The notes beneath the pieces are model-generated. The model searched no databases, was not told the DNA's origin, and was given only the letters and a program-made list of their open reading frames with translations. This document shows positions 1-12,401 of a DNA stretch of 64,000 nucleotides, piece after piece. Both the position numbers and the translations under genes were made by a program. How positions within the stretch are numbered: the stretch's first letter is position 1; each line of letters begins with the position of its first letter. Source of the stretch: Monocercomonoides exilis PA203 (taxonomy: Eukaryota; Protista; Preaxostyla); contig LSRY02000025.1 in assembly GCA_001643675.2 (NCBI GenBank), positions 372,001 to 436,000 of the forward strand. The letters are read 5' to 3'.

Positions 1-166
1 TTCTTTGTTTCTTTTATTTATAAATTTATTCATTAATAAAATATTTCTTTCTTTCTTTCTTTATTTCTCTCAATATTTCTTTCTCTTTTCCATTCTTCCA
101 AATTACCCCTTCCAATCCCCCTCCTCCTTCCCACTCCCTCATCTCCTCTTTCCAACCCACATTCAG

Positions 167-1261
167 GTCAGCTGTGGGAAGAGTGAGGAGTGCAAAAGGT
201 GTTTGTACAGGCACATTGGTTGGGAAGAGGTTGGTTGTGACTGGTTCTCATTGCATTCCATGGACATCAAAGGGAGGGGCTGAATGGATTACGTATGTGT
301 GGGATGGGATGGGGAGAGGATGAGATGGGAGAGAATGAGATGGAATGGAGAGGGGAATGGAGAGGGGATTTTGGAGGGGATAGAGGGAGTGGAAGAGAGA
401 AAGAGAGAAAGAAAGAGGGGAAGAAAGAAAAGGAGTAAGCTGTAACCTTTTATATGCAATTATTTTCTTTTGATGAATGATTTGATTTATTTCTATTTTT
501 GATTTATTCATTCATAATTTTTTCCAAATTTTCAAATTTAAATTCTTTTGTTTTTATTTAAATAAAAAAAATTTAATTGTTAAATCTTCTCTTTCACTTT
601 CTCTATCTCTATCTCTATCTCTATCTCTCTCTCTTTTTCTCTCTCTCTTTCTTCCTCCTTTCCTCACCCCCTCCCCCTCCTCACCCAGTTTCACCCCTGC
701 CTATTATCGTTCTGAAGAGCCCTTCGGCTCCTGCGGTGTGGAGAATGTGCTTGTCTATGTGAAGATTTCAGGGGCGATGACAAACTTGCAGTCAGCATTT
801 GACCAAGCCATTCTCGTTCTGAAGGAGCCGCTGGGCGAAAAAGCAGGTTATGTTGGCTACACCACGTTCCAGAGGGATTGGCTGGGGAAACCGTATTGGT
901 GTGGTGAAATGGAGTTTATTTTATATATTTTATAATTAATATTATTTTATTATTTATTTTTGTGGAGTAATTATTATAAATGTTTTTTTATTTGCTTTGA
1001 TTAATTAAAAATTGAATATTTTCAAAATTATTTCATTTTTTTTTCCATTTAACTTTCTTTCTTCTTCTCTTTCATTTCTTTTTTATAAAAAAAAATCCTT
1101 AATTATCCACTCAGGTACAATGTTGGCTATCCCATAGAGCTCCAACAAAGTGGTGTGCCTGTCATTTCGAGTGAGGGAAGCATTGATTTCATGGACGAAT
1201 ACTCTATTCAGTCATGGAAGAGCTATCTGCTGGGAACATTCATTGACATGACAAGTGGTAT

Positions 1262-1296
<35 letters not shown>

Positions 1297-1665
1297 CATC
1301 TTTGGATTAATTAATTAATTTATTATTAATTTATGAATAAATGAAAAATGATTTTGTCTTTCTTTCTTTCATTTTTATTTTATTTTATTTTATAATTATT
1401 TTATTTGGCTTTCTTTTTTTTTTTTCTATTTTAAAATAATTCATGAATTATGTATTTTCTGAATTGAAACTTGACAACTAAAGGACATTCTGGAGGACCT
1501 GTTTGGGGATTCTTTGGAGATGAAGATTTTCCAAGGGTTGTTGCACTTATTAGTTCAGAATCTGCAACAAAGGGAAATGATAAAGACGGAGATAATAATC
1601 TATCTGGAGGACCAGCACTCACTCACCTCATTAACTATGCGAGAGAGCAATATGAAGATGCTTAA
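167..1665 (+). CDS. Trypsin-like (V8/glutamyl-endopeptidase-like) serine protease, 5' end outside window; exons 167-292, 689-898, 1115-1257, 1484-1665
   Basis: Manual splicing at phase-compatible GT-AG sites gives SAVGRVRSAKGVCTGTLVGKRLVVTGSHCIPW...FTPAYYRSEEPFG...AFDQAILVL...WYNVGYP...DMTSGHSGGPVWG. The His (GSHC), Asp (FDQA) and Ser (GHSGGP) triad motifs are in the correct order. Confidence 0.88.
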
Positions 1666-1761
1666 ATAATTTAATTCTTTGTTGTTTTTTTATTCATAAC
1701 AAAAGATTTAAAAACCACTATTTTAAGTTTAATAAAAGGGTTATGATCACAGCGAAAATTT

Positions 1762-3079
1762 ATGGATACTGCAACACAAGTACAAGAGTCGTGGTGGGAA
1801 GCGACGAAGCACTTTGAGTTTAAAGTTGGTGTTACGCCTTTCACACAACCCTGGTTCATTGCAATGTCCATGATTTTGTACCTCGCTGGATTGTATTTTG
1901 GAACCAAATACATGGAAAATCGACCAGCTTACAAACTTAGAATGTTCACAGCAATTCATAAGTATAGAAATTTATTATTTAAAATTTCTAATATGCATTC
2001 ATTACTTATTTCTCTAAATTCATGAAATAGCTTTATTCTTTGTGGTTTATCATTTGTGATGGCTGCTGGAATGCTTTACGAGGTAATTTACCTTATTTTA
2101 GTTAAAATTTTATATATGTTTTATGTTTGATTGCTTTAGGTTTGGATACGTCCAATTCCAGAAGAAGCCCATCGCTCTTGGGCAAAATATGCTGTATGTG
2201 CTCCACGAGGCTCTCCAATGGTTGGACGTTTGTATTGGTGGTGCTATGTTTATCATCTATCAAAATGGTACGAATTGATAGATTCATTCATCATTGTTTT
2301 GAAGAAGTCACAGAAAGGATTGACTTTTCTTCATGTTCTTCATCATTCTGGAATGATGATGATGGTTGTTTCGTGGTTCGCTGCGAATTTCAATACAGTC
2401 TGGTTCCCATGCGCTTTTAATTCAATTGTCCACGTTGTCATGTATTTGTATTACGGAATGTCATCTCTTGGGCACAGGTATGAAAATGCTTCAAATTCAC
2501 ATTCAATATGATTAATTGCCTTTTTTTTTAAATCTCTTTTCATCATGTTAAGATGGCGCCTTCGTCACTACATTACAACATTCCAACTTGTGCAATTCTC
2601 TTCTGGAGCTGTTTACTTTGCGTTATATATTCCTGGTCGGTTATTCTTCGGTACAGATTGCTCAGGCAATTTGTTTATAATGAGCATTGGATGTCTTGTC
2701 GATCTCTACTTCTTCTATCTGTTTTATGATTTTTATCAAACGGAATATAAGCTTAAGAAAAAACTCGCTTCACAGGCAGGTTTGTACCTCTTTTCTTCAT
2801 TTTTCTTTCTCTCGATAATCTTTTGTTATCAATCACAAAATTTGAAAATATATTTAAAAAATATTTTTTTGAATTTCCATTTCAAAAATTGTTATTTACT
2901 ATTCATTATTTGTTGTTTTGCTGTTTCTTCAATATTTATTTATTTAATTTTAACAAAAAATAGCCGCAAGACAAGCTGCTAGCCTGGCTGAGCAAGGACA
3001 AGCTTCCCCTGTTCCACCATCACCAAGCGTATTTGCTTCACCGCTTATGTCTCCTTCTCCTCACATCGCACCAATGTAA
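1762..3079 (+). CDS. GNS1/SUR4 (ELO) family fatty-acid elongase, about 5 exons (approx. 1762-1961, 2031-2082, 2141-2477, 2552-2779, 2964-3079)
   Basis: ELO motifs SKWYELIDS, FLHVLHH (HxxHH), NSIVHVVMYLYY and ITTFQLVQF, plus hydrophobic segments. The last exon splices in frame to TAA at 3077-3079. Confidence 0.93.
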
Positions 3080-3539
3080 TTCTTAAAAAATTTTTTACAA
3101 TTATATCCTTAAAACGCAGTTAAGGCTTATTGTTATTTTAAAAAGTTTTGTCATCCGCTAACTGTCATTTGTTTCTGGGAATTTTTGTATTTATTGTATT
3201 TCATATCGTTTTTAATTAATAACTCGAAAAATCAATTCAGTTGTTAAAAGAATTCATAATTTTTGATTATTTTTATTTTGTTATGGACATGATCATTAAT
3301 TATCATTGTTTTTTGGCATTTCATGGGTATATATTGAAATTACACATTTCATTAATTTCTTAATTGATTTGCCACTATTTTTTCACATTTTTATGCAGCA
3401 TTTCATTACCATTGGTGCAAAATTCCTTTGTCAAATACTTTTTCATCGTTTTCTCAAACCACAGTTGTTGCAAATGATATTTTGTTTGTATATTTTAAAG
3501 TGTTTCATTTTACATATTTTTGTCACAAAACATCTTTTG

Positions 3540-5580
3540 AAGGCTGTCTTTTGGAGGAAATGGTTCAAATGCCAACACTATAAAAACTGTGAATTTAGGT
3601 TGAGACAATTTTTAAAGACCTTCTTTTATCATTTAATAATGCATAACCATTACATTTGATGACTTTTATTTGGGTTTTTCTTTGGATAGATCCTCACTTT
3701 ACAATTGCTGATAAACGACAGACAATCTTAACAAACTGTAAGATTCCAGGGCGATATGGTCACACAGCCGTAGAGTACAATGGGAAAATGTGGATCTTTG
3801 GTGGTGTTTTAACAGAAACAGGGGTAATAATTAATGAATTAATTGTTGTTGGCTGCTCATCTTTGGAGTGGCAGATAATTAATTCTGATGGCGAGATTCC
3901 TTCACCGAGGATAGGCCATAGCGCAGTGGTCATTGATGGAGAAATGTTTGTAATTATTTGTAGTTAGGTCAAATCTTCATTTTTTACTCATTTGAATTCA
4001 AACAATTATGCTATCAATTACGATAACTTCAATTCTCTTGTAAATTACTTCTTTAAAAACAAATTCAGGATTATTTATGGAGGTCTTACAAACAACCCAA
4101 CAGATCCAAGCGCATTGATGGTGTCGAATGAATGCTATTCCTTCAATTTTCGCACACTTCAATGGAAGCAGGTTCTTCTTCTCAACGATGCTTCTCCCAG
4201 CCGCTGCCTCCACAGCTGCATAGCAGACGGCAGAAAGCTTGTAATCTTAGGTGGAATTACCAGCAGAGAAAACAGCACTCAGATTCCAGTGGAAACTGAG
4301 CAGCCTTCATTTCTTCTTCAGTCTGAGGAAGAAGAAGAAGCAATTAAAGAAAGCAAAGATGATATTCAAATACAAAACACAAGGGAAAACAACACACAGA
4401 GAAATCAAAGCAGAATGTCGTATCTTCTGACAAATGACTTACTAATAGTCGATTTGGAGAGTGGGGTGTGGTCAAAACCAGATGTGCAGAATGGAAGCAG
4501 AGCAGAGAGGAGGAAGCCGAGGCTGATGACAACTGTACGCTCTTTTGAATCAACTTCTTCTTCTTCTTCTTCTTCTTCTCATTCTCCTTCTCCTCCTTCA
4601 TCAAACTTGTCTCGCTCTTCTGGTTCTTTCTCTTTCATCTCCACAAACGGCATCACTCCATCCGACAAGCCACCACCTCCTCCTCTTGCTCCTTCTGCGA
4701 ATTCTCTTCACAGTCCTTCTTCTTCTTTCTCTTCATCATCATCCTCTTCTTCTTCCTCCTCCTCCTCCTCTTCTTCTTCCCCCTCATCCTCTTCTTCTCT
4801 TCTCTCACCTCCTCCATTGTGTGCCCATTCCGCTGTGATGTCGCCTGTATCGCATCGAATGTTTGTGTGTGGTGGTTGGACAGCTCATTCTGCTTATCAG
4901 CACTTTGTGAGGAGGAAAGAGAAGGAGATGAAAGAGAGGAAAGAGGAGAAGGAAGAAGAAGGGAGAGGAGGAGGAGGAAGCAGAGGAGAAGGGAATAATT
5001 ATGAAGATTGGAGAGGAGAAAGAGAAAGAGAAAGAGAAAGAGAAAGAGAAGGAAGAAGAATCTCTTCGCGAGAAAAGGGGAGAGAACAAGAGCTGAAGAT
5101 GTGGTGTTTGGATTTAGACCATTTCAAATGGATTCGCTTGCCAGTTGAAACAATTGGAGATTGTGAGCAAATTGTAGAAGTGCCAAAGAATGGAATGCTT
5201 GCTGGTGTGAATGCAACTTCTGCTTCTGCTTCTTCTCCTTCTTCTCCCTCTCCCTCTTCAAACTCATCATCATCATCATCATCCACTTCTTCTTTTTCTC
5301 CTTCCTCTTCTTCTTCAGGTTCATCTCCTTCCTCTTCAACTTCTTCCTCCTCTTCCTCTTCCTCTTCCTCTTCTTCTTTATCTTCCCGCTCTCTTTTCGT
5401 TCCCTCTCGTTTTCTTCATTCAGCCACTTGCCAAGTGATTGAAGATGCAATTTCATCAACTCCATTGAGTTCTCCTTTCCCTCTGCTTTATGCTGATTCT
5501 TCGTTGCCTTCTGCTCTTGCTGCTCTTTCTGGTTTGTTTGAAGGAAGAAAAGTGAGAGTTAAATTTTTAGTTTGGTTTTC

Positions 5581-5619
<39 letters not shown>

Positions 5620-7459
5620 TTTGTGAATGTATTGAGAAGCATTTATTCAAATAACATTACTTTTTCTTGTAATTTCTTTTTTTATGTTGCAATACCATTT
5701 ATTTTGCATTCTTCTTTTTTTCTTTTTTTGAAAAATTCATTATTCTTTCTCTTTCTCTTTCTCCTTCTCTTTCTCCTTCTCCTTCTCCTTCTCTTTCTCT
5801 TTCTCCTTCTCCTTCTCCTTCTCTTTCTCTTTCTCTTTTCTCTTTCTCTTTCTCTTTCTCTTTTCTCTCTCTCTCTCTCTTTCCAGGTGCATCGATGTCT
5901 CCAATGAGCAAAGCTATTCTTCTTCGAAAGGAAGGGAATCGAATAAGATCAGCTGTGCCAAAACGAATTTATCTTTCAAAAGAAGAAGACGAATGGGAAA
6001 AGAAGATGAAGAAGATGAAGAAAGTGAGAAGATGGAGAGAGAGAAAGAAAGAAGAGGGAAAGGAAATGAAAATTGAAGGAAATAAAATGGAGGAGGAAGA
6101 AAATATTGAGAAGTTGTGGTTTTGTGAAGAAGAAGAAGAAGAAGAAGAAGACGAGGAAGATAATTTCAATAACATACAAACACACTTCAACCAAAAAGGA
6201 TTAATGCAACTGTCAAAATCTTCCTCTTCTTCCATTTCTTCCTCTTCCTCTTCTTCTCCTCTCCTCTGTTATTCTCATCACCCTCCTCATTATGGCCGCC
6301 CCTTCTTCCGCATGATCATTTCTGGTGGGATTTCTCCTTCTTCTCTGCCTTTTGATTTCGATGCTTCATTTAACCCTTCTTTTAATTCATCAAATTCATT
6401 GAATTCTTCTTCTTTTCCTTCTCCTTCCTCTTCTCCTTCCTCCTCCTCTTCTTCCTCCTCCTCCTCTTCTTCTTCCTCCTCCTGTTCTTCTTCCTCCTCC
6501 TCTTCTTCTTCTCCCCTCTTCTCTTCTCCTCTCCCCATCCTCTCTGATATTTGGGTGCTGGAAGAAATTTGTGATCCGCCTCTTCCTGCAAAAAAGGACA
6601 CCCCAAATGAAATCTTCGAATTGATCAATGCAATCACCAGAGGAGGAGGAAGCAACCTGAAACGAAAGGATTCTCATTCTTCTGCTTCTTCTTCTTCGAA
6701 ATCATCATCATCATCTGCTTCTTCAAATTCTTCTTCTTCTTCTTCAACGAAGACGTTAAAACCTCCTTCTCCTCCTTCTGCTTCTTCTGTCCCTCCTCCT
6801 CTTGTCCATACACGTAGCTTGCCTTTCATTCACTCTTCTTCCTCTTCCTCTTCCTCTCCTTCTTTTTCTTCTTCTCGTCTTTCAAAGAAATACACGGAAC
6901 CAATCATTCCATCTTCACCAAGCTCTTCTTCATCCACCTTCACTTCAAAACTCCAACACAATACATCTTATCCTTCTTCATTCTCTTCTTCTTCCTCTTC
7001 TCTTTCTTCCTTTTCTTCCTCTTCTCTTTCTTTTTCATCTTCCTTTTCTTCTTCTTCTTCTTCTTCTTCTTCTTCATTTCACCTCTTCTCCTCTCCACCT
7101 CCTCCATCTGTCACATACCCCACAGGACTCTTCCGCATTTCTCCTCAAAAGGAGTCCCTGGATGAATTAAAAGCCAAACTGAAGAAGAAAGAAAGCGCAG
7201 ATTTGAGCGCCTACCCTCTCCATGTGCTGGCAAGTGTGCTGAAGGCGCTGCTGAGAGAAGTTTATGCTCCTTTGATCCCTTCTGGACTGACAAATGCATT
7301 TGTGGCGTGTTTGCATTCGATTTCTCCTTCACAGGCGATGAGGCTGGTTGTGAACTCACTCACGAGTGAGGTGTTTGACATGGTGAGGAACGTGCTGGCG
7401 CTGATGAAGAAGGTTTGGGAAGGAAAAAGAAATAATAATAATAATAATAATGAATGAAT

Positions 7460-7512
<53 letters not shown>

Positions 7513-9682
7513 AGAAAAGAGAGAAAGAAGAATGAGAGAAATGGATGAAATTTTTTTTTTTTATAAAACTATTTTTGCTATTTGGGTTGGAATTGTACAC
7601 GAATGAATAGAAACAGGTTGTATTTTGAACATCTTTAGAATATTTCAATTAGAAAATAATCATCATTTTTGCATTAAAAATTTAACATCTTCTTTCTCTT
7701 TCATTCTTTTTCTTTCCCCTTTCCCCTTTCCCCCTTTCTCCCTTTCTCTTCAGGTCTCTCTCCACCCCTCCACGCAGATGACAGCCAAAAACCTCTCCAT
7801 CATCCTCACCCCTGCTTTCTTCCCCGAATTCACTGCAAAGGACAGCCCAGCCCGTTCTTCTCTGTTTGCCATGGCTTCTTTAATGTCCACTGCGAATCCC
7901 ATGTTTGCGTGTGTGGAGCAGCTCATCCTCGACTTCGACGCTATTTTTGTGCCATTTTGCAGGTCAGCTCCTTGTCCGTATGTGGCGGTGGCGGTGGCGT
8001 TGCACGATAATTTGATTGAGGAGGAAGAAGAGGAAGAGGAGGAAGAAGAAGAGGAGAGAGAGAATGAGGAGGGAGAAGAAGGAGAGGAAGGCATGGAAAG
8101 AGAAGGAGAAGGAGGAGAAGGAGAAAGAAGCAAAAATCAACATCAAAGAAGAGGAAGAAAAAATAGAAGTGATTCTTTAGTGATAGATGACGAAATCCCC
8201 GGAGAGGAGCCACTGCCTCGTAACTTCTACGGCAAGACACATTTGCCCATCTCTTCTCAGAGCGACACAGGAAACCAAGTGAAAGAGCTGTCGTTTGCCT
8301 CGCAAAGCATCGCATTTGTGTACTGCTTCGATTTCCTGGCGGAAGGGTGGATGCTGGCAGAGATCAACGGCCATGTTGGCATTGTCCCCACGAACTACTT
8401 TGAGATTCTGGTGCGAAGACAGTTTCCTCCTCCTTTTGATTCCTTGTGGCTTTTTGAGCAGTTCTGGGCGAGAGGGACGGCGTTGAGGGTGATTGAGGGT
8501 CTGGATGGAGCAGTTCCTGTGAAGAGGTGGGCAGTTATGAAGAGGTGTGAGCAGGAAGAGGCGATGAGGGTGTGGAGGCTGAGGGAGGAGTGGATGAGAG
8601 GCGTGTTGAAAGAGCAGAAGAGGGGAGAAGGAAGAGAAGGAGATGATAAAGAGAAGGGAGGAGAAGAGGAAGAAGAAGAGGTTGATGATATAGAAGTTTT
8701 GAATGCGTTGTGTCGATATGGATGGAGGAGGTTTATTGAAGATGTGGTGATTGAGAAGAAGCTGAGGAGTTATGCAAAGGGAGGAAAAGAAGAGAAAGAA
8801 GGAGAAAAAGGAGGAGAAGAAGAAAAACAACAACAAGAAGAAGAAACAAAAGAAACAACCTCAAAAGAATCATCATTGAATGAACTTAACTCAAAATACA
8901 CAAAAAACAAAGGCTTTGGTTTGATCCAGTTGTGTTTGGAGAGCCAGACACAGGAGATGTATGAGACAGAGCTTGTTTCATACCCTCTCCCTCCTCCTTC
9001 TCAGAAACATGGCAGTCTGCCTCATAGTGTAACCGAAGGTAAGTTTGGTGATAATTCTTCTTCTTCTTCTTCTTCTTCAAATCTTTCCTCCTCTTCTCTT
9101 TCTTCTCTTTCTTCTTCTTCCCCCACAAAGCTTTCCTCAGATCTCTCCTTCTCTTCCTCATCCAAAACATTAGGCTTATCAAAGCCCTCTTCTCTTTCTC
9201 TGCCTCAACCGCTCGGCTTTGGCATCGATGAGAACATTTCAATGAGCGAATCAATGAAGAAAAGACCAAAACACTACAGCGGTGCTCCAATCACTCCTTT
9301 GCTTATCAATTCTTCTTCTTCCTCTTTTTCCTCCTCTTCTCCTCTTCCTTCTCCTTCTGGATCATCTCTGAGTCAATTCCAGACTTCTTTCTCTTTCTCT
9401 TCTTTATCTGACAAAACAGACAAGCAAGCTGATCAATCTAACCCTGCCCCTTCTCCTCCTCCTTCTCTTCCTCCTTCTCTCCCTCCTTCTCATCTTCCTC
9501 TTTCTCTTTCTCTCCCTCTTCCCTCTCAACTTCCTCCTCCAATGACTCCCAACTCTTCATCAAACTATCTTTTGAGCTCGCAAAATCCCTTCACCTCTCC
9601 TTCTGTTGCATCAACAACGATGCCTTCTGGTTCTCCTCCTCTTCATCATCATCATCTGATATCTTCTTCTTCCTCTTCTTCC

Positions 9683-9714
<32 letters not shown>

Positions 9715-10630
9715 CTCTTCTTCTCATTCTGATGGCAGTGCACTGATGCGCTTAGTCTTTTCTCGATTGGAAAAGTTGGAGAATGAAGTGAAAGCAGCGA
9801 AAGAAGAAGGAAACGAAAGAGAAAGACGGCTGCAGGAGCAGATTTTGCTGGAAAGAGAAGAGAGAAAAAGAGAAAGAGACGAGAACGAAAGGATGAGGAT
9901 GGAGATGGAGATGATGAAGGTGCAGCTGGAGATGCTGAGTGTGATGATTGAAGGTTCTCAACAACAACAACAACAGCAAGCTCATAATCAGATGTTATCT
10001 TCTTTCTCTTCTCCTTCTAATACTTCTTCTTCTCCTTCTTCCTCTTCTTCTTCTTCTTTTGTTCCATCTTCTTCTTCTTCGATTTGTGCTTCTCCTCTTC
10101 CTTCCTCCTCTTCCTCCTCCTCTTCTTCTTCCTCTTCTTCAGACCACACAAAAAGGAGAGATTCCATTGATTCAATCTGTTCTGACACATCTTCCTCAGC
10201 CGAATGGGTCGATGTGCAAGAGCAGAATGCAAACAGCCTTTCTCCTTCTGACTCACCCCTTTCTTCTCCATCTTTCGTGTCTGCTCAATCGACTTTTACA
10301 AAAGGATATTCAGATGCGAATAATTGCGATAATAATAATGATAATAATAATGATGGTGATGATGTTATTGTTATTAGTGCTGCTAATGTTGTTTCTTCTT
10401 CTTCTTCTTCTTTTTCTTCTCTTCCTCTTCCTCTTCCTTCTTCTCTTCCTCCATCTTCTCATTCATCCTCTTCTTCTGATCAAAATACAACTCAGATGAT
10501 TTCATCATCATCATCATCATCTTCATCTTCTTCTTCTTCTGGTGTTCCACATGCTATTTTGCCTAAACCTTCTCGCCCTCCACCTCCTCCGCCAAGCCTT
10601 GTTGATGCTGTTCCTGCAATTCGACGTTGA
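3540..10630 (+). CDS. Multi-exon Kelch-repeat + RhoGAP + SH3 + coiled-coil protein with long Ser/Glu tracts; start not resolved
   Basis: Kelch motifs GRYGHTAVEYNGKMWIFGG, PRIGHSAVV and SRCLHSC..LGG. RhoGAP motifs GLFRISP, LASVLKALLREVYAPLIP and QMTAKNLSIILTP. SH3 motifs AVALHD...ELSF...EGWMLAEINGHVGIVPTNYFE. In-frame introns at about 3946-4068, 5532-5887 and 7414-7753. Confidence 0.85.
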
Positions 10631-11230
10631 AAAAAGAAGAATTAATAAATATTATCTTTAAACTTTTTATAATTTTTATTATTTTTGATATTTTTATTTA
10701 TTTTTCCTTTCTTTGATGTTAAATCTATTTCATTATTCATTTTTTAAAGAAAAATAAAAAAAAAAAAAATAAAAAATATTGTTTTGTTTTTGTATTTTGG
10801 TTTCTTTTTTATTGCTGTTTGTCGAGTTCAATGATTTGTTTTGTTTTTCATGTTGATATGTACACTTCACAATTTCAAATGGCAATTATTCTTTTTTTTT
10901 GGGAATATCTTTTTCAAATTTTAATTTTGCTGTAAGAGTTGTTTTTGGTAATTGAAACAAATAATTCCTAAAAACAATACTTCTGTTTGATTGAAAAACT
11001 CTATGATAAGGTGAGCATTTTGTTTTATTTAACGGAAATTTTTGAAAAAAATGTTTGAATGAATATTTATTTTTCATTCCTAAAAGAAAAAATATTTTTT
11101 CCTATCTGTTTCATGAGAACGAATTTGCATGAATGTCCAATGCGCAAGTTGGAATAATTTGAAAAATTTTTCTTTTCAAAATTTGATGAACAATATTTCA
11201 TTTCTGATTTGAAAAATAATTTCGTTTTTC

Positions 11231-11711
11231 GGCAAAGGGCTACTTTAAGGGTACCTAAAAAATTTTAAATTAGCTTTATGAAAAGGCTAAATGTTTCCAA
11301 TTGAACTTTCATCAACACTCTTTGGTGTTGACGATATGTTTTATTAATCATCGAACTTTTTTAGGGTTTTCGTTCTCAAAAACAACTGACCCCTAATTGA
11401 AATTTTGAATTTCTTTTTTGAAAAGTTAATTAAATAACAAAAAAAAGACATTTTTAGGTTTATAAATTTGAATATTTGTGCTATTTGCAATTGTTAGGGT
11501 TGATAATAACTCGATTCAAGCACTGATATGAAGTTTGAAAAAAGTCTCGTAAAACTTAATATTTGAATAAAAAAACATTCAATCATTTTCAGTTTTGATC
11601 AATTGATTATTATAAACCTAATATACTTTTAATATCTCTCCATTGCATTTTTTAGCTATTTATTCATGGATTTAATGAAAAAATCAGGTACCCTTAAAGT
11701 AGCATCTTGCC
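11231..11711. mobile_element. 481-bp MITE with 26-bp TIRs and 8-bp TSD (Merlin-like or hAT-like)
   Basis: Left TIR GGCAAAGGGCTACTTTAAGGGTACCT (11231-11256) matches the reverse complement of 11686-11711 at 23/26 positions. The direct repeat CGTTTTTC lies at 11223-11230 and 11712-11719. Confidence 0.9.
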
Positions 11712-11967
11712 CGTTTTTCATTTATAAGAGTCGTCGAATTTCAAATTTTTTATTGACTGATCTTTCATTAGAAAATATTTATTGTTATTATCAACATTCA
11801 ATGAAAACATTTTTATGTTCATTTTTTGTTGAAGTTTATTCCTCTTCATTTAAGCCTTTGCGACATACAGACTCTGTCAAACGGAAACGACAATTTGACC
11901 GACAATGAATTTCAAAACTCTTTTCAGAATCATTAATTTGGAAAATTTGAAAAATTGGATAACATTT

Positions 11968-12223
11968 GGGTGATTATTTTTGAAATCATATCTTTTTTCG
12001 GGGTGTTGAATTTTCAAATATTGTTTGTCATTGGGAAGAGATTTTGAATTCAAATGTCAAATTCATTACAACTGTTTCAAAAACAAATGTTTTTGCTGAA
12101 ATAAAGATGAAAATGTCTCAAACATACCATTTCACTTTTTTTGTGTTCATTTATTAATATAAAAGGGAAATTTATAAACCGAAAATTATGAATGGAAAAA
12201 TATGATTTCAAAAATAATCACCC
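11968..12223. mobile_element. 256-bp MITE (family A) nested in the left arm of the hAT element
   Basis: TIRs GGGTGATTATTTTTGAAATCATAT ... ATATGATTTCAAAAATAATCACCC with 4-bp TSD ATTT (11964-11967, 12224-12227). A second copy of the same length is at 40384-40639. Confidence 0.9.
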
Positions 12224-12401
12224 ATTTTAATTCAAAAAATTTTTTAGCTCTATTTTATTTTATGAATGACTTAAATGAATAATAAAACATGAAAATGCAA
12301 AAATATTGTTTTATTGACGAATCGACAGTTCTTTTCGACTTGATCATGTCTAGATCAGTCTGTCTGTTGAGATCAGTCGGTTTGTCGAGATCATTTGAAA
12401 A

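Noticed and set aside
4344-10499. Numerous overlapping poly-L/E/K/R ORFs here and at 20.6-22.5, 34-39, 46-49 and 59-60 kb
   Set aside because: These are alternate-frame or antisense read-outs of (TCT)n/(GAA)n tracts and of stop-poor real genes.
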